NCBI GenBank assembly: GCA_964446825.1
Contig: CAYUQR010000015.1
Span: 125-64,124, forward strand
DNA from: an uncultured Rikenellaceae bacterium
GTDB taxonomy: Bacteria; Bacteroidota; Bacteroidia; Bacteroidales; VadinHA17
DNA: 64,000 nucleotides
Direction: 5' to 3'
In this document: positions 57,755 to 64,000 of the stretch, one piece after another
How the letters are laid out: the number at the start of each line of letters is the position of its first letter
Position numbering within the stretch: position 1 is the stretch's first letter
Position numbers and translations under genes: made by a program
Notes under the pieces: model-generated
The model's database searches: none
What the model was told of the DNA's origin: nothing
What the model saw: only the letters and a program-made list of their open reading frames with translations

Positions 57755-59923
57755 TTAAATTTCCAGTAATATTTCCAGTATCTGTTTTGCTGCTTTTGAT
57801 ACAGATGTTCCGGGACCAAATATTGCAGTTACACCTGCATTATAGAGAAAATTGTAATCCTGGGGAGGTATTACCCCTCCTGCTATTACAAGAATATCTT
57901 CTCGTCCAAGTCGTTTCAATTCATCTATTACCTGGGGAATGAGAGTCTTATGTCCGGCAGCCAGACTGGAAACTCCCAGAATATGGACATCATTTTCCAC
58001 TGCCTGTTTTGCAGCTTCGGAAGGTGTCTGGAAAAGTGGCCCGATATCCACATCAAAGCCAATATCAGCATAACCGGTTGAGATAACTTTTGCTCCCCGG
58101 TCGTGGCCATCCTGGCCCATTTTGGCAATCATAATACGGGGTTGCCTGCCATCCTTTTTTGCGAACAGGGAAACAAGATCCCTAGCCTTCGTAAAGTCAT
58201 CATCGAGTTTATACTCGGATGAATAAATACCTGAAATTGTTCTTATCACAGCTTTATACCTCCCAACTATTTTTTCACATGCATAAGATATTTCGCCGAG
58301 GCTGGCACGTTTCGCTGCAGCCTCAACAGCTAACTCCAGAAGGTTTCCTTCACCTGTTCTGACACAATTGGTTATTGCATCAAGTGCAACCTGGCATTCT
58401 TTTTCATTTCTTCCGGCACGTAATCTTGCAAGCCGTTTTATCTGCGAATCACGTACCATTGAATTATCTACCTCCAGAGTTTCCAGGGGAGCTTCTTTTT
58501 CGAGCCTGTATTTATTTGTTCCTACTATGGTTTGTACTCCGGAGTCAATTTTAGCCTGCAAGCGGGCAGCAGCCTCTTCAATCCGCATCTTGGGGACACC
58601 CGATTCACAGGCCCTGGCCATTCCTCCAAGGCTTTCGATCTCCATAATATGTTCCCATGCACGATGAGCTATTTCGCTGGTAAGGCTCTCCACATAATAT
58701 GAACCCGCCCAGGGATCAATTACCCTGCCAACCTGAGTCTCTTCCTGGATATAGATCTGAGTGTTCCTGGCAATCCTGGCTGAAAAATCGGTTGGCAGCG
58801 CCAGAGCCTCATCAAGAGCATTTGTATGAAGGCTTTGAGTATGCCCCAGCACTGCAGCCATTGCTTCTATGCATGTTCTTCCGACATTATTGAAAGGATC
58901 CTGCTCGGTAAGACTCCAACCGGAAGTCTGACAATGTGTTCGTAAGGCAAGTGATTTTGGATTTTTAGGATTGAACCCCCTTACAATTTTTGACCAGAGC
59001 ATACGGGCTGCCCTCATCTTGGCAATCTCCATGAAATGGTTCATCCCGATAGCCCAGAAAAATGATAGCCTGGGGGCAAATGCGTCAATATCAAGTCCTG
59101 CATTTATACCGGCACGCAGGTATTCAAGGCCGTCTGCAAGGGTGTAAGCAAGCTCAATATCGCATGTTGCTCCCGCCTCCTGCATATGATATCCGGAAAT
59201 ACTTATTGAATTGAATTTCGGCATCCTGGCCGATGTATACCTGAAGATGTCCGCAATGATCTTCATGGAAAATTCAGGGGGATAAATATATGTGTTCCTT
59301 ACCATAAACTCCTTCAGGATATCGTTCTGAATTGTTCCGCTCAATTCATCAAGCCTGGCTCCCTGCTCAAGTGCCGCAACAATATAAAATGCCATTACCG
59401 GTAGAACGGCACCATTCATAGTCATCGAAACAGACATTTTGTCCAGGGGTATCTGGTCGAAAAGCAAATTCATATCAAGTACAGAATCTATTGCAACACC
59501 TGCTTTCCCCACATCCCCTGTAACTCTCTCATGGTCTGAATCATATCCCCTGTGTGTGGCGAGGTCAAAAGCCACTGACAAACCTTTTTGACCTGCTGCA
59601 AGGTTACGCCTGTAAAAAGCATTTGATTCTTCCGCAGTGGAAAAACCAGCATACTGTCTGATAGTCCACGGCATCATCGCATACATTCCTGAATAAGGTC
59701 CGCGGAGAAATGGCGGCAGACCGGCAGCATAATCCAGATGCTCCATCCCTGCAAGATCCTCTTTTGAATAAATGCTCTTAACCGGAATCATTTCAGGTGT
59801 CATCCATTCTTTCTTTATAACATCCTTCTTCTCCTGTTCAGGAAGTCCAGGTTTCTTTATAGAAAGAGTATCAAGGTCACTATTTCTGAACTTTGGTCTC
59901 ATCTTTTTTCTGGTCATATTCAA
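57755..59923 (-). CDS. mutB: Methylmalonyl-CoA mutase large (alpha, B12-binding) subunit
   Basis: 722-aa ORF with a TIM-barrel region ([25 protein letters not shown]) and the C-terminal B12 motif [11 protein letters not shown]. Exact start ambiguous (M1, M3 or M8). Confidence 0.95.
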   Translation of the reverse strand: MNMTRKKMRPKFRNSDLDTLSIKKPGLPEQEKKDVIKKEWMTPEMIPVKSIYSKEDLAGMEHLDYAAGLPPFLRGPYSGMYAMMPWTIRQYAGFSTAEESNAFYRRNLAAGQKGLSVAFDLATHRGYDSDHERVTGDVGKAGVAIDSVLDMNLLFDQIPLDKMSVSMTMNGAVLPVMAFYIVAALEQGARLDELSGTIQNDILKEFMVRNTYIYPPEFSMKIIADIFRYTSARMPKFNSISISGYHMQEAGATCDIELAYTLADGLEYLRAGINAGLDIDAFAPRLSFFWAIGMNHFMEIAKMRAARMLWSKIVRGFNPKNPKSLALRTHCQTSGWSLTEQDPFNNVGRTCIEAMAAVLGHTQSLHTNALDEALALPTDFSARIARNTQIYIQEETQVGRVIDPWAGSYYVESLTSEIAHRAWEHIMEIESLGGMARACESGVPKMRIEEAAARLQAKIDSGVQTIVGTNKYRLEKEAPLETLEVDNSMVRDSQIKRLARLRAGRNEKECQVALDAITNCVRTGEGNLLELAVEAAAKRASLGEISYACEKIVGRYKAVIRTISGIYSSEYKLDDDFTKARDLVSLFAKKDGRQPRIMIAKMGQDGHDRGAKVISTGYADIGFDVDIGPLFQTPSEAAKQAVENDVHILGVSSLAAGHKTLIPQVIDELKRLGREDILVIAGGVIPPQDYNFLYNAGVTAIFGPGTSVSKAAKQILEILLEI

Positions 59924-61790
59924 GGGTTATCCCCATCTGTTCATTAAATTTATTAAGTGTGTCAACTACACTTAACCCGGAGTATATGAAATGATTTATT
60001 CCAAGTGCTTTCAAATCATTTGAGCATGGTGGATTACCCGCGACGACAACAATTGCCTTATCTTTTAATCCCCTGTAAATCTCGGGTGCGTAAAGAGGAT
60101 ACTCTTCATCAGAACTGCAAATCACTACTATATCAGCTTCCGACTCAAGGGCATTGGCAATTCCTTCCACAGCTGTATTGAAACCGTAATTATCGATAAC
60201 ATTGTACCCGGCACATTCGAAAAAATTATGCGAAAACTGCGATCTTGCTTTTCTCATTGCATGATCCCCGACAGGGACAAGAAAAACAACCGGCCGGAAT
60301 GGTGACCTGTCAACTGCGATCCTTAATTTCTCATATTCTTCTGAACCTCTGAAAAGTGTAATGGGATCCACAACCAGATCCTTCTCATAAATCCTTTTAT
60401 TGAATATCTTATTAAAATCAACTGAGGACGATATTTTTTCATATGGATCAGGATACTGATTTGTTCCGAGAAGTATCAGTTTCCTGTTTGATATTTCTTT
60501 TTTACGCCTGGCTGCAGATTCCGACAGGCTTTTCTGAATAAATCCCGACTTGAGACAACTGAGAAATCCCCCCTTTCCCTCTGTTTCAAGAAATAATTTC
60601 CAGGCCTTATCTGCAATCATGCTTGTAAGGTTCTCGATATAATATGATCCTGCAGCCGGGTCAATAACCTTATTAAAATATGCCTCTTCCTTAAGAATGA
60701 GCTGCTGATTTCGTGCTATTCTTTCGGAGAACTCACCAGGTTGCCTGAAAACAATATCAAATGGCTCAACAGTAAGCGAATCAGTCCCGCCCAGAATAGC
60801 TGCCATAGCTTCCGTCTGTGTTCTAAGCATGTTCACATAAGGATCATAAATTGTTTTATTCCATTCACTTGTGACGCAGTGAATATGCATTTTTATGCTC
60901 TCATAATCTTCCTGTTGGAAACCTGTCTGGACTGCTGACCAGAGGAGACGGGCGGCTCTTAACTTCGCAATCTCTGCAAAGTAATTTGAACCTGTTCCGA
61001 AACTGAACCGTATCCTGGATGCTGCAACTCCGGCATTTATACCTCTTTGAGTAAGCTGCACCATGTATTCGTTGCCCATTGAAATACCAAATGCGAGCTC
61101 ACGTACAATATCCGCTCCGGAATTGTTAAAATGCGATGCATTAAGGTGAATAGTACGGAGATTTGGGAAAAGGGAGGCAGATTCGGTCAGGGAAGCAAGG
61201 TAATCAAAGCCATCCTCAACATTTATACATAGTTTGCCATTCAATATCATCCGCCCGAGAGGGTCTGTCTCAATTGCTCCGTTTATACTCTCAGGAGTCA
61301 ATCCTCTTTCCTGCGATATTGTTGTTATATTATCAACTATTTCCCTGGCTTTTCCATTACATAGAAAATTCAGTTCAATCATTTCAAAATGAATTCCCCT
61401 TAGAAGAGTATTGAAATTTTCCAGGCTCACAGTCTCAGGATCAGTTATTATAAACCCGAGTGAATCAACACCTTTCATTAGTATATCGAGTGCTTTCCTG
61501 TTTGCTTCGGAATAGTTATACACTTCAATGTCCTGCCTGACGTACCAGTTATTTTCCCTGGTCTTTACACCTCTTATATAGGGATATTGCCCGGGCAGAG
61601 TATCTGAATAGTTTAAATTTTCAATATCCTCCATCCGGTAAAAAGGCTTCACCTCAAACCCTTCTTCTGTTTTCCAGACCATTTTTTTATTAAAATCGGC
61701 TCCCTTCAGATCGGAACGGATCTTGTTCATCCACTCCTCAGTTGTCACCGGCGGGAACTGATCAAATAATCTTTCTTTTTGAGCCATCAT
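59880..61790 (-). CDS. mutA: Methylmalonyl-CoA mutase small (beta) subunit
   Basis: 636-aa ORF homologous to the alpha subunit but lacking DxHxxG. Overlaps the alpha gene by up to 44 nt. Confidence 0.88.
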   Translation of the reverse strand: MMAQKERLFDQFPPVTTEEWMNKIRSDLKGADFNKKMVWKTEEGFEVKPFYRMEDIENLNYSDTLPGQYPYIRGVKTRENNWYVRQDIEVYNYSEANRKALDILMKGVDSLGFIITDPETVSLENFNTLLRGIHFEMIELNFLCNGKAREIVDNITTISQERGLTPESINGAIETDPLGRMILNGKLCINVEDGFDYLASLTESASLFPNLRTIHLNASHFNNSGADIVRELAFGISMGNEYMVQLTQRGINAGVAASRIRFSFGTGSNYFAEIAKLRAARLLWSAVQTGFQQEDYESIKMHIHCVTSEWNKTIYDPYVNMLRTQTEAMAAILGGTDSLTVEPFDIVFRQPGEFSERIARNQQLILKEEAYFNKVIDPAAGSYYIENLTSMIADKAWKLFLETEGKGGFLSCLKSGFIQKSLSESAARRKKEISNRKLILLGTNQYPDPYEKISSSVDFNKIFNKRIYEKDLVVDPITLFRGSEEYEKLRIAVDRSPFRPVVFLVPVGDHAMRKARSQFSHNFFECAGYNVIDNYGFNTAVEGIANALESEADIVVICSSDEEYPLYAPEIYRGLKDKAIVVVAGNPPCSNDLKALGINHFIYSGLSVVDTLNKFNEQMGITLEYDQKKDETKVQK

Positions 61791-61881
61791 ACTTCCAGTT
61801 ACAGAAACTGGTGCAAAATAACGACTTACATTTCACATTTTATATGAAATTTGTCATACTCAAACTATTGCAGGCATCAGA

Positions 61882-62971
61882 CTATTTGCCGGCAAATTCC
61901 ATAAGGTATGATTTTATGAATGCATTCAGGTCCCCATCAAGTACGGCCAGAACATTGCTTGTCTCGCGGTCTGTGCGATGATCCTTGACCATTTTATAAG
62001 GATGCAATGTGTAGGATCTTATCTGCGAGCCCCATTCTATCTTTTTCTTTTCGCCTTCAATCTTTGCCTGTTCCTCCTGCTGCTTCCTGAGCTCGAGTTC
62101 ATAAAGCTGTGATTTCAGGATCCTCATTGCGTTTTCCTTATTGTTAAGCTGAGATCTTGTTTCCTGGTTTTCAATGACAATGCCTGTAGGCTGATGCCTC
62201 AGCCTTACGGCAGTCTCAACTTTATTAACATTCTGACCTCCTGCCCCGCTCGACCTGTAAGTTTCCCAGGTAATATCCGCGGGATTAACCTCAATCTCGA
62301 TATTATTATCAACAAGAGGTGAGATGAATACCGATGCAAATGTGGTCTGACGTTTTCCCTGCGCATTGAAGGGCGATATCCTTACAAGGCGGTGTACCCC
62401 GTTTTCGCTTTTAAGATAACCATAGGCCCTGTCACCATCGATCTCAAGAGTCACTGTTTTAATACCAACCTCATCTCCGGGCTGGTAATCGAGTTCCTTA
62501 ACTTTATAGTTATTTCTTTCAGCCCACCTGAGATACATTCTCATGAGCATTGCTGCCCAGTCGTTGCTTTCTGTGCCGCCTGCTCCCGAGTTTATTTTAA
62601 GTATTGCGCCCAGCTGATCTTCCTCTTTCTGCAACATATTGCGTACTTCGAGGTCCTCAATCATCGACAGGCAGGTTTCATACTGGTTATCAATATCCGC
62701 TTCAGTAGCTTCCCCTTCCCTGTAAAAATCGTTTAAAACAACCAGGTCATCAAGTGCTGAATTGACTTTATCAAAATCATTTGTCCAGCTTTTTATCAGA
62801 GCAATACCCCTGAGCAGCTCTTCAGCTTTTTTCGGATCGTTCCACAAACCAGGCTGCTGAGACAGGTTTTCTTTTTCCGCAATCAGTTCAAGCTTGCCTT
62901 CAATGTCAAAGATACCTCCTCAACGCATCGCGGCGTTCCAATAACCCTTTTATCTGTTCGTTGGTTGTCAT
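61882..62971 (-). CDS. prfB: Peptide chain release factor 2, requires programmed +1 frameshift
   Basis: ORF0 from ATG 62971 reads [21 protein letters not shown] then TGA (62908..62906). The +1 frame continues [28 protein letters not shown] into the 321-aa track ORF, which carries the SPF and GGQ motifs. Confidence 0.95.
62905..62920 (-). promoter_or_regulatory. RF2 autoregulatory +1 frameshift site (AGGAGG-TAT-CTT-TGA-C)
   Basis: On the - strand, AGGAGG (62920..62915), a 3-nt spacer and CTTTGAC (62911..62905) match the canonical prfB shift cassette. Confidence 0.9.
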
Positions 62972-63089
62972 CTGGTCAGTTTAAATTTATGCAAAATTAA
63001 GATTTTATATCATACTTATTAGTAATGAGGCTTAATGAGATATTTTTATCTTTGAGCCGAATAGTTTTATAAGTATTAGATATAAGATT

Positions 63090-63503
63090 ATGATACGGTT
63101 AATAATTTGGTGCAAGCCATTTGCCAAATACCTTCTGGCGGCCTGGATAATAGCTGTTATCATTGTATCGTCAATTCCTCACCTTCCCACATTAAAAATT
63201 CATACAGCAAAGTCTGATATCAGGCTTGACTATTTCATTCATTTTTGCGAATACGGGATAATGGCTTTTATGGCCTTTCTTTCCTTTGCCGGCAAGGAGT
63301 TTAAAATGAATTACAAAAGATGGATCCTTCTTACCCTGGGGCTCATTCTTTTTGCTGTCCTTGATGAGTTTCATCAGAAGCTCATTCCAGGAAGGTCATT
63401 CAATACAAAAGACATTTTTAGTAACATCTCCGGAATACTGGCCGTATTGGTTTTCTGTATTATTATTTTCAGGATGATCATTCATAGAGAGTTTGATCAT
63501 TAG
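63090..63503 (+). CDS. VanZ-family membrane protein
   Basis: 137-aa ORF with 4 TMs and the motif DEFHQKLIPGRSFNTKDIFSNISGIL, typical of VanZ-like proteins. Confidence 0.8.
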   Translation: MIRLIIWCKPFAKYLLAAWIIAVIIVSSIPHLPTLKIHTAKSDIRLDYFIHFCEYGIMAFMAFLSFAGKEFKMNYKRWILLTLGLILFAVLDEFHQKLIPGRSFNTKDIFSNISGILAVLVFCIIIFRMIIHREFDH

Positions 63504-63536
63504 TTAACACATTACTCTTATTCACAAAATATAAGT

Positions 63537-63628
63537 GGAACCGCTCCGCGGTTCAAAAAACATTATCGCATTAATTTGGCTAGCATTGATGGAATCGCTC
63601 CGCGATTCATACGGAATGCCAAATATCG
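63537..63628 (-). repeat. About 1.4 diverged copies of the 53-bp repeat in inverted orientation, abutting the array
   Basis: Reverse complement reads GAATCGCGGAGCGATTCCATCAATGCTAGCC...TTTTTTGAACCGCGGAGCGGTTCCAC, collinear with the unit GAACACCGGAGGTATTCCATCAATACTAGCA. Hairpin stems differ but stay complementary. Confidence 0.7.
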
Positions 63629-64000
63629 GAACACCGGAGGTATTCCATCAATACTAGCATAAAGGATACAATCTATAATTCGAACACCGGAGGTGTTCCA
63701 CCAATACTAGCATAAAGGATACAATATATTTTTTGAACACCGGAGGTATTCCATCAATACTAGCATAAAGGATACAATCTATAATTCGAACACCGGAGGT
63801 GTTCCACCAATACTAGCATAAAGGATACAATATATTTTTTGAACACCGGAGGTATTCCATCAATACTAGCATAAAGGATACAATCTATAATTCGAACACC
63901 GGAGGTGTTCCACCAATACTAGCATAAAGGATACAATATATTTTTTGAACACCGGAGGTGTTCCACCAATACTAGCATAAAGGATACAATATATTTTTTG
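63629..64000 (+). repeat. Tandem array of 53-bp units (at least 7 copies, order A-B-A-B-A-B-B), truncated by window end; non-coding
   Basis: Unit A is GAACACCGGAGGTATTCCATCAATACTAGCATAAAGGATACAATCTATAATTC. Unit B is GAACACCGGAGGTGTTCCACCAATACTAGCATAAAGGATACAATATATTTTTT. Each starts with the hairpin GAACACC-GGA-GGTGTTC. Unit starts: 63629, 63682, 63735, 63788, 63841, 63894, 63947. Confidence 0.95.

Noticed and set aside
63629-64000. Possible CRISPR array (regularly spaced repeats with a palindromic core)
   Set aside because: There are no unique spacers. The variable 13-nt tails are only two alternating versions, units abut directly with a 53-bp period, and no cas genes or leader are visible in the window.

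Overview
AT-rich, densely packed 64-kb chromosomal segment with Bacteroidota (Bacteroidales-like) hallmarks: a SusC/SusD pair, the DapL-type lysine pathway, TAnnTTTG promoter boxes, mutL-rhomboid synteny and an S16 with a long C-terminal tail. I support about 52 protein-coding genes. I saw no rRNA, tRNA, transposase, integrase or cas genes. Most of the content is housekeeping: mutL, dnaE, trxA, ribD, prmC, recX, prfB with its +1 frameshift, rpsP-rimM, dapF/dapL, tsaC, hppA and both methylmalonyl-CoA mutase subunits. There are two tripartite ABC efflux operons, one TolC-MacA-MacB type and one TetR-controlled YbhGFSR-like. The best candidate for an undescribed system is at 5408..8149. There a PadR regulator is translationally coupled to two paralogous membrane proteins built from five precisely spaced 60-aa FKIQHWPGAG TM-hairpin repeats (3+2). 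Each protein ends in one more TM helix and a periplasmic domain, which resembles a concatenated GldL/GldM (PorL/PorM)-like 5:2 arrangement. That homology is from memory and unverified. Other regions worth a second look: a secreted TPR-Ig-caspase gene overlapping a periplasmic-propeller/Y_Y_Y PP2C sensor phosphatase (42498..48033); an orphan tetraheme cytochrome c / TAT FeS / NrfD-like module with no catalytic subunit (54267..57064); two related palindromic CTTTG[CT]G elements bracketing hppA; and a spacer-less 53-bp tandem array with covarying hairpins that runs off the window end (63537..64000). All functional calls rest on motifs read by eye in the translations. No database search was possible.
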